Shown: positions 42,698 to 52,435 of the stretch, one piece after another | Position numbering within the stretch: position 1 is the stretch's first letter | Layout: each line of letters starts with the position of its first letter | NCBI GenBank assembly: GCA_963706595.1 | Contig: OY970166.1 | Span: forward strand, 1,856,001 to 1,920,000 | Direction of reading: 5' to 3' | Length of the DNA stretch: 64,000 nucleotides | Source of the DNA: an uncultured cyanobacterium | Lineage (GTDB): Bacteria > Cyanobacteriota > Cyanobacteriia > Cyanobacteriales > Nostocaceae | Notes under the pieces: model-generated | Database searches by the model: none | What the model saw: the letters and a program-made list of their open reading frames with translations, nothing else | What the model was told of the DNA's origin: nothing | Position numbers and translations under genes: made by a program

Positions 42698-45265
42698 ATG
42701 TTAAATCAAGTGCAGAAACTAGCTTGGATGACCGGTTTGGCTTTGGTGTGGGCAAATTTACCAGTTTTGGCTGAAGCTCACCAAAAACCGATAGGTAAAA
42801 CCTCTCAATTAAGCAACATCGAACAATTAAATATTCAGCAGTTACTGGCTCAGTCTCTGATTCAAGTAACAGGTGTCAACTTACAAGCAACAGACACAGG
42901 CTTAGAGGTAATTTTAGTCACTAATCAATCAGATCAACTGCAACTTACCAATCAGAGTGAGGGGAATAATTATATTGTTGACATTCCTAATGCTCAATTA
43001 AGCTTACCTAATGGTGATGTTGTCAGTCAAGAAAACCCCACTGCGGGAATCACTGAAGTTACAGTTAGCAATTTGAATGCGAACACAATTCGCATCAGTG
43101 TAACAGGTGAAACCGATGCGCCCCAAGTCCAGTTATTTGATAGTGACGAGGGTTTGATTTTTGGTGTTATTTCCACCGTGTCTACTACTCAAACACCAGA
43201 GACACAACCAACACCAGCAGAAGAACAAGCAACTACTGAAACTCAAGAACCGATTGAATTATTAGTCACAGGTGAGCAAAATAGATACCGTGTACCCAGT
43301 GCTTCCACTGGAACTAGAACTGATACTCTGATCCGAGACATTCCTCAGACTATTCAAGTAGTTCCTGAACAAGTGATCAAAGATCAAAGAGTCACCCGTT
43401 TAAGAGATGCGCTGCTGAATGTTGGCGGTGTGCTTCAAGATGGTGGGTTTGCTGGTACAGCAGACCAAATTGGTATTCGGGGATTTTTTGGTGATGGTAC
43501 TTTTGGTGGAAGTATTTTAGTTGATGGTTTCAAAGATGGACGAGGTGGTATTAGAGAGACTGCAAACGTTGAACGGATAGAAGTTCTCAAAGGGCCAGCT
43601 TCTGTTTTATATGGTGGCGTTCAACCAGGGGGCGTAATTAATTTAGTTACAAAGCAGCCTCTAAGAGATCCCTACTATAATGCTGAATTGTCAGTGGGTA
43701 GTTTCTCCACATTCCGCCCTAGTATTGATATCTCAGGTCCACTAAATTCTGATAAAACTCTGCTCTATAGGCTCAATTCTGTTTACGAAACTTCCGATGG
43801 TTTCCGTGATTTTAATCAAGATGTTCAAAGATTCTTTATTTCACCCACTTTAAAATGGGAAATTGGCAAAGCAACTAACTTAACGGTTCAATTTGACTAT
43901 CTCAACGATGAGCGTCCATTTGATCGGGGATTTTTAGCCTTTGGTGAGGGTATTATTGACACTCCTCTAGAGCGTTTTTTTGGTGAACCAGATGATGTCA
44001 GAAAAGTTGAAGAAATAGGCTTGAGCTATCGTTTAGAGCATAACTTTAACGATAATTGGAAAATCCGTAATGCTTTCCGATATCAAAGTTCAGATGATTT
44101 TGATTATCGTGCTGAACCTGTGAGATTAGACGAAACAACAGGCATTCTCACACGGAACTTTAGATCCAATGATGACTATAGCGAAAATTATACTTTACAA
44201 ACTGATGTAGTTGGTAAGTTTGCGACAGGTTCAATTAATCATACTCTTTTGTTTGGTGTTGACTTAGCTAGAGCTACATCAGGAGGAACTCAGAAGCGAT
44301 TACCAGGAGGAATTACACCAGATATTGATGTATTCAATCCAGTTTACAACGCCATACCCAGACCTGGTTTAGACGAATTAACCAACGTTGTGCGTAATAA
44401 CCAGGATAGCAACGATGGTTTAGGAATTTTCTTGCAAGACCAAATAGCGTTTGCAGATAATTTCAAATTGCTTGTGGGTGGACGTTTTGATATTGTCGAT
44501 CAAAACAGTAAAAATTTACGGGATGGTTCTGAATCTGGTCGCTACGATTCCGCTTTCACTCCCAGATTGGGTATTGTTTATCAACCTATTGAACCTATTT
44601 CTCTTTATGCTAGTTACAGCCAATCATTTCAACCAAATTTTGGTACAAGAGTAGATGGTTCATTTCTAGAATCTGAGCGGGGAAATCAATACGAAGTAGG
44701 AGTAAAAGGTGAATTTTTGGATGGTAGATTAGCAGCTACTTTGGCAGCTTATAGTATTACAAAATCAAACATTGCTACAACTGATCTTGCTAATCCAGAC
44801 TTTCTTCTTCCTATAGGTGAACAACGCAACCAAGGTATTGAACTCAATGTGGCTGGAGAAATTAGTCCTGGTTGGAATGTGATCGCATCTTATTCCTATA
44901 TTGATGCCGAGATTACTAAAGATAATGATGGTTTGGCGGAGAATCGTCCACCCAATGTCCCATTTAATACAGCTAGTTTGTGGACAACTTACGAATTGCA
45001 ACAAGGTGATTTGCAAGGTTTAGGTTTTGGTGTAGGGTTGTTTTATATAGGCGATCGCCAAGGTGACTTCAGCAATACCTATATCATCCCCAGTTATCTG
45101 AGAACAGACGCAGCAATTTACTATCAACGTGATAATTGGCGGGCTGGGATTAATATCCAAAATCTGTTTAATCAAAAGTATTTCCAAGGAGCAAATTTTG
45201 GGAGAGTAGCCATAGAACCGGGCGCACCATTAACAGTTATTGGTAGTTTTTCTGTGACATTTTAA
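42698..45265 (+). CDS. TonB-dependent siderophore receptor with N-terminal AMIN domain
   Basis: Signal peptide, AMIN-like region, DIPQ.IQVV, ERIEVLKGPASVLYG...GG.INLVTK, C-terminal Phe. Confidence 0.95.
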   Translation: MLNQVQKLAWMTGLALVWANLPVLAEAHQKPIGKTSQLSNIEQLNIQQLLAQSLIQVTGVNLQATDTGLEVILVTNQSDQLQLTNQSEGNNYIVDIPNAQLSLPNGDVVSQENPTAGITEVTVSNLNANTIRISVTGETDAPQVQLFDSDEGLIFGVISTVSTTQTPETQPTPAEEQATTETQEPIELLVTGEQNRYRVPSASTGTRTDTLIRDIPQTIQVVPEQVIKDQRVTRLRDALLNVGGVLQDGGFAGTADQIGIRGFFGDGTFGGSILVDGFKDGRGGIRETANVERIEVLKGPASVLYGGVQPGGVINLVTKQPLRDPYYNAELSVGSFSTFRPSIDISGPLNSDKTLLYRLNSVYETSDGFRDFNQDVQRFFISPTLKWEIGKATNLTVQFDYLNDERPFDRGFLAFGEGIIDTPLERFFGEPDDVRKVEEIGLSYRLEHNFNDNWKIRNAFRYQSSDDFDYRAEPVRLDETTGILTRNFRSNDDYSENYTLQTDVVGKFATGSINHTLLFGVDLARATSGGTQKRLPGGITPDIDVFNPVYNAIPRPGLDELTNVVRNNQDSNDGLGIFLQDQIAFADNFKLLVGGRFDIVDQNSKNLRDGSESGRYDSAFTPRLGIVYQPIEPISLYASYSQSFQPNFGTRVDGSFLESERGNQYEVGVKGEFLDGRLAATLAAYSITKSNIATTDLANPDFLLPIGEQRNQGIELNVAGEISPGWNVIASYSYIDAEITKDNDGLAENRPPNVPFNTASLWTTYELQQGDLQGLGFGVGLFYIGDRQGDFSNTYIIPSYLRTDAAIYYQRDNWRAGINIQNLFNQKYFQGANFGRVAIEPGAPLTVIGSFSVTF

Positions 45266-45296
45266 ATAACTCAGGTTTGGGGTAGAAGTAACCATC

Positions 45297-46301
45297 ATGA
45301 ATGACAGTTATATCAAATTCAAACGCTTAACTCGCTGGTGGGGATTTGGGATTGTACTATTTTGTACTCTACTCCTATCTGTCGCTTGTCATCATGGTGG
45401 TTCTCTACCTGTGAATGAACAAATAACAAACACAGCTTGTCGTGATGTTGAACACGCTGCGGGAATTACCTGTGTTCCCGAAAAGTTTGAGCGACTGGTG
45501 ACTTTAGATGATGCTGAAAATGCGATCGCACTAGGAATTAAACCTGTTGGTGCTGTGATCTCTGATTTTTCATTATATTGGCAAGATCAGCTAACGGGAG
45601 TCCAAAACATTGGTAAGATTGGCGAACCTAACTTAGAAAGTATTCTCGCACTCAAACCAGATTTAATTGCGGGTTTTGAAGATCAAAAAGATATTTATCC
45701 TCTCACTTCAAAAATTGCTCCCACAGTTTTGTTTGAATTTGGACACAGTGGTAAATGGAAAGAGGTATTTACAAATATTAGTGTAGCGTTAGGTAAGAAA
45801 GAGGTTGGACAACAAGTAATGGAAAATTATTACCAACGTCTCAAAGAATTTCAGCAGCAAATGGGTAATAATTTATCAAAACTTAAAGTTTCTGTAGTGC
45901 GCGTCTATCCAGATAAAATAAACCTTTATCTACTTGATTCCTTCTGCGGAATAGTTTTACAAGATGCTGGATTGTCTCGTCCTGAATCACAAAATTATAC
46001 TGCTTCAGAGTCCGTAAAATTATTTGGTAATCCGATTCAAGTATCTATCGGTAAGGAATTAATCGAAAAAGCCGATGGTGATGTGATATTTATTTGGACG
46101 GCTGAAAATAGCACCAAAAAAGGCAATCAAACAGCGCAAAAGAATTTAGAGCAACTCAAATCAAATCCCCTGTGGCAAAATTTAAAAGCTGTGCAAGAAA
46201 ATAAAGTTTATGTAGTTCCAAGTTACTGGATTGGTAGTGGTATGTTAGCTGCAAACGCAATTATTGATGATTTATTTAAATATTTAATTAATCAATCATA
46301 A
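45297..46301 (+). CDS. Iron-siderophore ABC transporter substrate-binding lipoprotein (FecB/FhuD-like)
   Basis: Lipobox SVAC, HAAG.T.VP, LGIKPVG, PNLE.I..LKPDLI, IAPTV, PLW..L.AV....VY.V. Confidence 0.92.
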   Translation: MNDSYIKFKRLTRWWGFGIVLFCTLLLSVACHHGGSLPVNEQITNTACRDVEHAAGITCVPEKFERLVTLDDAENAIALGIKPVGAVISDFSLYWQDQLTGVQNIGKIGEPNLESILALKPDLIAGFEDQKDIYPLTSKIAPTVLFEFGHSGKWKEVFTNISVALGKKEVGQQVMENYYQRLKEFQQQMGNNLSKLKVSVVRVYPDKINLYLLDSFCGIVLQDAGLSRPESQNYTASESVKLFGNPIQVSIGKELIEKADGDVIFIWTAENSTKKGNQTAQKNLEQLKSNPLWQNLKAVQENKVYVVPSYWIGSGMLAANAIIDDLFKYLINQS

Positions 46302-46376
46302 GTTTCATAAACAAATATTTTATTTCTGCTAATTTAGGGTTAAATATTTTGTTTATTGAGTTTTTATCAATTAACT

Positions 46377-46769
46377 ATGACAATTCATACCTTATTTGTT
46401 TGTAAATCTTGCAGTGCTGTTCTCTCTCACGAAGAAGCAGACGATCGCGCTGAAGGAAATCAACTATTGCTGAAGCTTCTGGAAGTGCAAAAAAATAATT
46501 CTGCTTACAGCACTCTCAATATTCAGTCTGTGGGATGTTTGTGGACTTGCGTGAAAAAATATTCTTGTGCTGCGACGTTGGTTTGTCCGCAAAAATATAC
46601 ATATCATTTTGTGGATTTGACAGAGGAAAGCATCACTGATTTGTTTCAATTCAGCCAGCTTTATCAAACGAGCGAAGACGGATATGTTTTACCTCCCAAG
46701 CTACCTGGAACATTGCGATCGCATCTTTTAGTCCGCATCCCTCCTACACCTGTGGCGTTACTTCAGTAG
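46377..46769 (+). CDS. DUF1636 family Cys-rich protein
   Basis: LFVCKSC...VGCLWTC...C, K.TY.F.DL, DG.......P..L....L.RIPP. Confidence 0.8.
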   Translation: MTIHTLFVCKSCSAVLSHEEADDRAEGNQLLLKLLEVQKNNSAYSTLNIQSVGCLWTCVKKYSCAATLVCPQKYTYHFVDLTEESITDLFQFSQLYQTSEDGYVLPPKLPGTLRSHLLVRIPPTPVALLQ

Positions 46770-46982
46770 ACAGTGTGACAGTGGAGCAATACCCTTTGAT
46801 AAGGCTTAGAAGCAGAAAGAATTTTGGCAAGACTTTAAACAATTCGACCAGGAACGGACTATGAGCTACATTACCATATGATTCTATCACAATACATAAA
46901 GACTGAAGAATTTATACAATATTCTCCAGTCTTCCTAGTTGATATTACTCTACTCTATGAGCTGCTATCCACGAATTTTGAC

Positions 46983-47533
46983 TTAGACAGTGGTAATGTC
47001 TATTTCTTTTTCTGCTAGTAAGTCATCTATTTTGGCAGTGTACTTCTTTGTGAGTTTTTGCAGTTTATCTTGTTGGTCTTTGGATTCATCTTCAGAGATT
47101 TCTGAAGCTTTTTCCTCCTTGCGAATGGAGTCTTGGACATCGCGCCGGATATTGCGAATAGCTACGCGTCCTTCTTCAGCATACCTTCTAGCCATGTGGA
47201 CGAATTCTTTCCGGCGCTCGCTTGTCAATGGTGGTATATTTAGCCGAATCACAGCACCGTTGTTACTGGGTGTTAAACCTAAGTCAGACAGGGAAATTGC
47301 TTTCTCTACTAGCTTTAAGCATGCCTTTATCGAAAGGCTGAACCCAGATGCTTCTGGCATCTGGCGTGGTAATGTTTGCCAGTGACTTTTAAAGGTGTGG
47401 GTGAACCGTAGTAGTCCACCGAGACCTTATCTAGTAAACTCGCATTGGCGCGGCCAGTGCGAATAGTGTTAAAAGCTCGTTGAGTTGCCTCAACGGTCTT
47501 TTGCATTGTACTCTCAGCTTCAGATAATTTCAC
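46983..47533 (-). CDS. frr: Ribosome recycling factor, broken by two +1 indels (~47390, ~47311)
   Basis: [42 protein letters not shown]; corrected length 182 aa; follows pyrH. Confidence 0.93.
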
Positions 47534-48248
47534 ATGAACCTCCCACAAGGGTACCGATTTTTTCTCCCAATACAGCACGGCGGACGTTACCTCGCACCGT
47601 TAAATCAAAAACCAGGATTGGGATATTATTTTCTTTACACAAGGCGATCGCTGTACTATCCATAACGCGCAAATCTTTCGCTAAAACGTGCGCGTAGGTG
47701 AGACTGGTGTAACGCTTGGCCTCTGGATAAATATGGGGGTCAGCATCATATATTCCGTCTACCTTAGTGGCTTTAAAAATCACCTCGGCATCAATTTCTG
47801 CGGCTCTTAAGGCTGCTGCGGTGTCAGTCGTAAAGAAGGGATTTCCTGAACCTGCACCAAAAATTACCACCCGCCCTTTTTCTAGGTGGCGGATAGCGCG
47901 ACGACGGATATACGGTTCCGCTAATTCTTGCATAGCGATCGCGGTTTGTACCCGCGTCTGTACCCCAATTCGCTCTAAGCAATCTTGTAGCGTCATGGCA
48001 TTCATTACCGTGGCAATCATCCCTATGTAGTCAGCAGCTGCCCTGTCCATCCCCGCCGACGCAGCTTTAACGCCACGAAAAATATTCCCACCGCCGACGA
48101 CGATGGCGATTTGAACGCCGGTGGCTACCACCTCTGCTACTTCCTCGGCTATTTCCTTGACCACTTCTGGATCAATACCATAGCCCATGTTGCCCATTAA
48201 GGCTTCACCGCTTAGTTTAAGTAAAACCCGCCGGTAATTCGTTCCCAT
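47520..48248 (-). CDS. pyrH: UMP kinase
   Basis: [31 protein letters not shown]. Confidence 0.97.
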   Translation of the reverse strand: MGTNYRRVLLKLSGEALMGNMGYGIDPEVVKEIAEEVAEVVATGVQIAIVVGGGNIFRGVKAASAGMDRAAADYIGMIATVMNAMTLQDCLERIGVQTRVQTAIAMQELAEPYIRRRAIRHLEKGRVVIFGAGSGNPFFTTDTAAALRAAEIDAEVIFKATKVDGIYDADPHIYPEAKRYTSLTYAHVLAKDLRVMDSTAIALCKENNIPILVFDLTVRGNVRRAVLGEKIGTLVGGSCEII

Positions 48249-48318
48249 GAAGTTACGCTTTATCAAAAAAGTTGCAATTGCCTCCAATTTAAGATAGCAG
48301 CACAGCGACTATATGTGT

Positions 48319-48873
48319 CTAGTTTCGCCAAATCAATGAAGTCCCTGTTGGTTCCGTTTCTGCTAGGTTAATTGCTTGACCATTAAATAAAGATGCGATC
48401 GCATTTCTCAGATAATCTTCTCTGGGAGATGATGGCTCTTGAGGATAATTATCAATTTGTCCTTTGTACTGCACTATACCATTTTTATCGACCAGAAAAG
48501 CCATTGGCGTTTTATTAGCGCCAAAACTCCGAGTCACGTCTTGGGTTGAATCCCATAAATAAGGAAAATTCAACTGATGATTTTGGGCAAAAGTTTTCAT
48601 CTGATCAAAACTTTCTGTCGGGTGTTGTGTAGCACTGCTACCATTCATGCCAATGAGCGTGAAGCCCTGTAAAGCAAATTCTGCTTGAATATTTTTTAAT
48701 TTTTCTAGATATAAGTTTACATAAGGACAGTGGTTGCACATCGCAATCACACCAACTGCACGAAACTTCTCTAAATAACGGCTAAGATGGTGTACTTGAT
48801 TGTCAATTCCTGGAAGCTCAAAATCTGGTGCATAGCTACCAACAGGTGTGTCAATTGTTTCTAGTCTATTCAT
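48319..48873 (-). CDS. Thioredoxin/AhpC-TSA family protein
   Basis: APDF.LP, CNHCPYV, FPYL.D..Q, Y.GQID. Confidence 0.9.
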   Translation of the reverse strand: MNRLETIDTPVGSYAPDFELPGIDNQVHHLSRYLEKFRAVGVIAMCNHCPYVNLYLEKLKNIQAEFALQGFTLIGMNGSSATQHPTESFDQMKTFAQNHQLNFPYLWDSTQDVTRSFGANKTPMAFLVDKNGIVQYKGQIDNYPQEPSSPREDYLRNAIASLFNGQAINLAETEPTGTSLIWRN

Positions 48874-49355
48874 CTTTTATAGCCGCAAAGAACTAATAAC
48901 AAAAAAGTTTATGTGAAAATTAGGATGACTTTTTTGGGTGCAAACCTATTTTTAGCCAATCCTTGATATCCCATGATCTTACAGACCAATGTGGCTACCG
49001 TAAATTGTGAAAGTACAGAATTTACTAACAATACTAATCTTAGTAAACTATACGAAATCACATCCTAACATTTTTTTGAAAAAACAGAGGCTTTAACTCT
49101 CTCACCCTATCCAGGTACGGAAACGGCAAGATGAGGAAATGTGAAGTATCATAGAACTAATATCAAAATTCCCAAAAAGCAGCACACAAATCAACTGTGT
49201 GGGGGGTATTGGCTGTTAATAGGCAACAGTCAACAGTTCATAAGTGAGATTTTACAAAAGATTTAGGACTGCTATTTGTCAGGATTATAAATTTTTAGTA
49301 AAGCCACAAATGTATTTTTTCTTGGTACTCATATTAATATCTTCATAAAGTTCCG

Positions 49356-50288
49356 ATGACAACTTCCACAAACACATTGACGAACAGCAAAACTTGGACT
49401 TGGCAAGGTTTCCCCATCTCCTATCAGACTCAAGGAACTCATGGACCCGCAGTTGTTCTTGTACATGGCTTTGGAGCCTCATGGTGGCACTGGCGCAAAA
49501 ATATCCCCGTGCTAGCAGAAAATTGCCGTGTTTATGCCATTGATTTGATTGGCTTTGGCGGTTCAGCTAAACCTCAACCGGGAGGAGAAATTAACTACAC
49601 CCTAGAAACATGGGGAGAGCAGTTAGCCGACTTTTGCCGGGAGGTAGTGGGTGAACCTGCCTTTTTAGTAGGAAATTCCATTGGCTGTATTGTGGTATTA
49701 CAAGCAGCAGTCAGCAACCCAGATGTAGCTTTAGGTGTAGCTCTACTTAACTGTTCATTACGATTGTTGCACGATCGCAAACGAGAAACACTACCTTGGT
49801 CTCGTCGTTTCGGCGCACCAATTCTGCAACGGATATTATCAATCAAACCAGTGGGACAGTTTTTTTTCAATCAAGTTGCTAAACCTAAAACAGTCCGCAA
49901 GATTTTGCTGCAAGCCTACGCAAATGCAGAGATAGTCACAGACGAATTAGTTGATATTCTCACTGCGCCAGCAAAAGACCCAGGGGCTGTAGCGGTGTTT
50001 CTGGCTTTTACTTCATATTCTACAGGACCTCTAGCAGAAGACCTTTTGCCTCTGTTACCTTGTCCTGCCATTATCTTATGGGGAACAGCCGACCCCTGGG
50101 AACCAGTAGACTTAGGTAGAGAACTAGCCAACTATCCACAAGTGCTAAAATTCATCCCCTTGGAAGGGGTGGGACATTGCCCCCAAGATGAAGCACCTGA
50201 GTTAGTCAATCCGATTTTACTCGATTGGGTTACTGAAGACGCAGAGGTGAAGGGGGCTTTTCCGCAAAGTCGCTATTTCTCTAATTAG
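49356..50288 (+). CDS. Alpha/beta fold hydrolase
   Basis: HGFG, DLIGFG, GNSIG nucleophile elbow, WG..D, GHCP.DE. Confidence 0.93.
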   Translation: MTTSTNTLTNSKTWTWQGFPISYQTQGTHGPAVVLVHGFGASWWHWRKNIPVLAENCRVYAIDLIGFGGSAKPQPGGEINYTLETWGEQLADFCREVVGEPAFLVGNSIGCIVVLQAAVSNPDVALGVALLNCSLRLLHDRKRETLPWSRRFGAPILQRILSIKPVGQFFFNQVAKPKTVRKILLQAYANAEIVTDELVDILTAPAKDPGAVAVFLAFTSYSTGPLAEDLLPLLPCPAIILWGTADPWEPVDLGRELANYPQVLKFIPLEGVGHCPQDEAPELVNPILLDWVTEDAEVKGAFPQSRYFSN

Positions 50289-50371
50289 CAATGAATAAGT
50301 CGTAGACAAAAAAGAAGCCTCCACAGGCTTCGATAAAACCTGCGGGGACGGGCTTCTGAATTGTGTGAACT

Positions 50372-50403
50372 GCCTACACCTACCTGACAGGTAAGTGTAG
50401 GCT
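50372..50403 (-). terminator. Hairpin immediately downstream of precursor P1
   Basis: GCCTACAC-CTACCTG-A-CAGGTAA-GTGTAGGC inverted repeat. Confidence 0.5.
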
Positions 50404-50415
50404 TCTGGCGCATAA

Positions 50416-50661
50416 TTAGAACCAGCGACCGGGACCCCAGCCACCGAAGCCACCGCGACTCCAGCCACCGAAACCGGGACCCCAGCCACCGCGACCAGGA
50501 CCGAAGCCGCCGCGACCAGGACCCCAGCCACCGAAGCCACCGGGACCCCAGCCACCGCGACCGGGACCCCAGCCACCAAAACCGTAGCCACCAGAAACAA
50601 GCTGCTGTTCCTCTGCTGATAAATCCATCAACAAATCAGATTTCAGGTTTTGAACTGACAT
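50416..50661 (-). CDS. Double-glycine-leader secreted peptide P1 (Gly/Trp/Arg repeat core)
   Basis: MSVQNLKSDLLMDLSAEEQQLVSGG|YGFGGWGPGRGGWGPG...; TGAGG RBS. Confidence 0.85.
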   Translation of the reverse strand: MSVQNLKSDLLMDLSAEEQQLVSGGYGFGGWGPGRGGWGPGGFGGWGPGRGGFGPGRGGWGPGFGGWSRGGFGGWGPGRWF

Positions 50662-51169
50662 AATTTTCACCTCAAATTCGTCAATAGGTGGTACGAACAC
50701 ACGTAAAAAAACATGGGAGTGTTGTACCTATGCTTTTATTTCTATACGTATTTTCTAGTGATTAAATTGCCCTATAGTTATAAATAAATTCCCAGTAAAT
50801 ATATCCTTTGACACAGGCAAAAATTAGTTTTCACTGAAATATCAGTTTTTCTGAACCTTACGAAAAAATTATATTTATGAATTTCAACTAATTTAATTTC
50901 ATTTTTGCTTTTTATCCTGCTATTTTGAGGAGTTTCTTTCAATCTAAATACAAAAATATTCTGATGGAATTAGAAATAATCTTTATAACTTCAGAAAGAG
51001 GAAGACAATAAATCTGAGAGGATGTTTGCTCAAACATAAAATATATTAAAAAACCTCTCTCCTCATAGGAGAAAGGGTTTAGATATCCCAGTTTTTTTTA
51101 GGAAGATAGGATAAGTCAGGTTGCGAGGAATTTGATATTTATTACTAAGAAATTACCCACTCAGCGCTA

Positions 51170-51406
51170 TTAGAAACCGCCAAAAGGATTGGCAGGAGGT
51201 CCACCAAAAGGACTGCCCCCACCGCCACCACTAGTTTGTCCAGTAATGAAGCCAAGAATTGTAACTGGGAAACTCTGACCGCGCGAATCAGTGAGATTAC
51301 CAGTAACGATAATATCAGGACGACGTGCTTGACCCCCAGATATAAGTTCTTGTGATTCTGCGGATAAATCCACAAATAAATCAGGTTCAATTGTTTTGTG
51401 CGACAT
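51170..51406 (-). CDS. Double-glycine-leader secreted peptide P2
   Basis: MSHKTIEPDLFVDLSAESQELISGG|QARRPDIIVTG...; TGAGG RBS. Confidence 0.85.
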   Translation of the reverse strand: MSHKTIEPDLFVDLSAESQELISGGQARRPDIIVTGNLTDSRGQSFPVTILGFITGQTSGGGGGSPFGGPPANPFGGF

Positions 51407-51568
51407 AATTTTTGCCTCAAATTATTACATAAATTTTAGGTAGCACCCATGCCAGAAAATTTTCTGGTTGGGTGCAAAATCATGGTTCAAATTTTACGTT
51501 TGACCGTAAAAAACCTGCTGATTAGACAAGACTATTGGCGAAGTAGAAATCATGCTAATACTTAGTCT

Positions 51569-51820
51569 TTATTTAATGACTTCAAGAGTACCAGTCAAGC
51601 GGATTGGAACACTAATCACACGTTTCCTACGGCCGCCACGCTCCCTAGTTGGAGATCCAAATTCTGGCTCGTCAAATTCTGAATCGCCAAATTCTGGTCT
51701 TGAACCGCCAAATTCTGGTTCTGAATCGCCAAATCGCATATTTTGTCCGCCTGCTAAAAGCTCTTGTTGTTCTGCGGATAACTCTTCAAACAAATCTGTT
51801 TTGGTGATTTGGGATAACAT
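51569..51820 (-). CDS. Double-glycine-leader secreted peptide P3 (PEFG repeats plus basic patch)
   Basis: MLSQITKTDLFEELSAEQQELLAGG|QNMRFGDSEPEFGG...; TGAGG RBS. Confidence 0.85.
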   Translation of the reverse strand: MLSQITKTDLFEELSAEQQELLAGGQNMRFGDSEPEFGGSRPEFGDSEFDEPEFGSPTRERGGRRKRVISVPIRLTGTLEVIK

Positions 51821-52087
51821 ACTTTTGTACCTCACTTACTTAATATAGGTGTGGAATCACCTATGTTTTTATTATTAACTATTAGCGAATTTATTAAATT
51901 ATGCGGAGGTTAGAAACTTAGAAATTAATTTTACTTCTTTAGACTCAGGAAAATAATTTTTCTGGAGTTTCTTATATTTTTATATATTAGGAATAAAACT
52001 TAGAAACCCGACTTCTTTTAGACCTCCAGAAGGTTGCTTACTGGAGGTTAGAAGACGGGGGATTGAGCATTTTTGTCCGATGCTTAT

Positions 52088-52405
52088 TTATGAAAATAAT
52101 CCACTTATAGCTTTGGCTATGAAATCGTTTATGCTATTAGTATTAAAACTAAAACTAGGTAATCTGAACGTTGTAGATGATGCCATAGTAATCTGTGATA
52201 AAGTGTATTTAGTACTTTGAGAACCAGATTCATCATCGGCAAGATTTAAATTATTATTTGCCTCAGTTTCAATGTCAGTTTTCTGAAAGAAAAAATTACT
52301 GGTTCCGAGTATACCGTCGCTTTGCCCACCAGCTATATTTTCTTGTTCTTCTTCAGTCAAAGTCTGGAAAAGAAATGAATTTTTTGATATATGATTTTCC
52401 CACAT
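52088..52405 (-). CDS. Double-glycine-leader secreted peptide P4
   Basis: ...LFQTLTEEEQENIAGG|QSDGILGTSNFFFQKT...; starts 30 nt after the transporter stop. Confidence 0.8.
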   Translation of the reverse strand: MWENHISKNSFLFQTLTEEEQENIAGGQSDGILGTSNFFFQKTDIETEANNNLNLADDESGSQSTKYTLSQITMASSTTFRLPSFSFNTNSINDFIAKAISGLFS

Positions 52406-52435
52406 GATATTACTTGCTCACACCAGGATAAATTG

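Noticed and set aside
46983..47533. frr, cobO and herA as true pseudogenes or programmed frameshifts
   Set aside because: frr is essential, the frames are otherwise intact, and there are no consistent slippery sites; sequencing error is more parsimonious
50217..50600. 127-aa Val/Ala-rich ORF overlapping P1
   Set aside because: Alternative frame of the P1 repeat with no RBS or leader; the P1 frame carries the conserved GG leader
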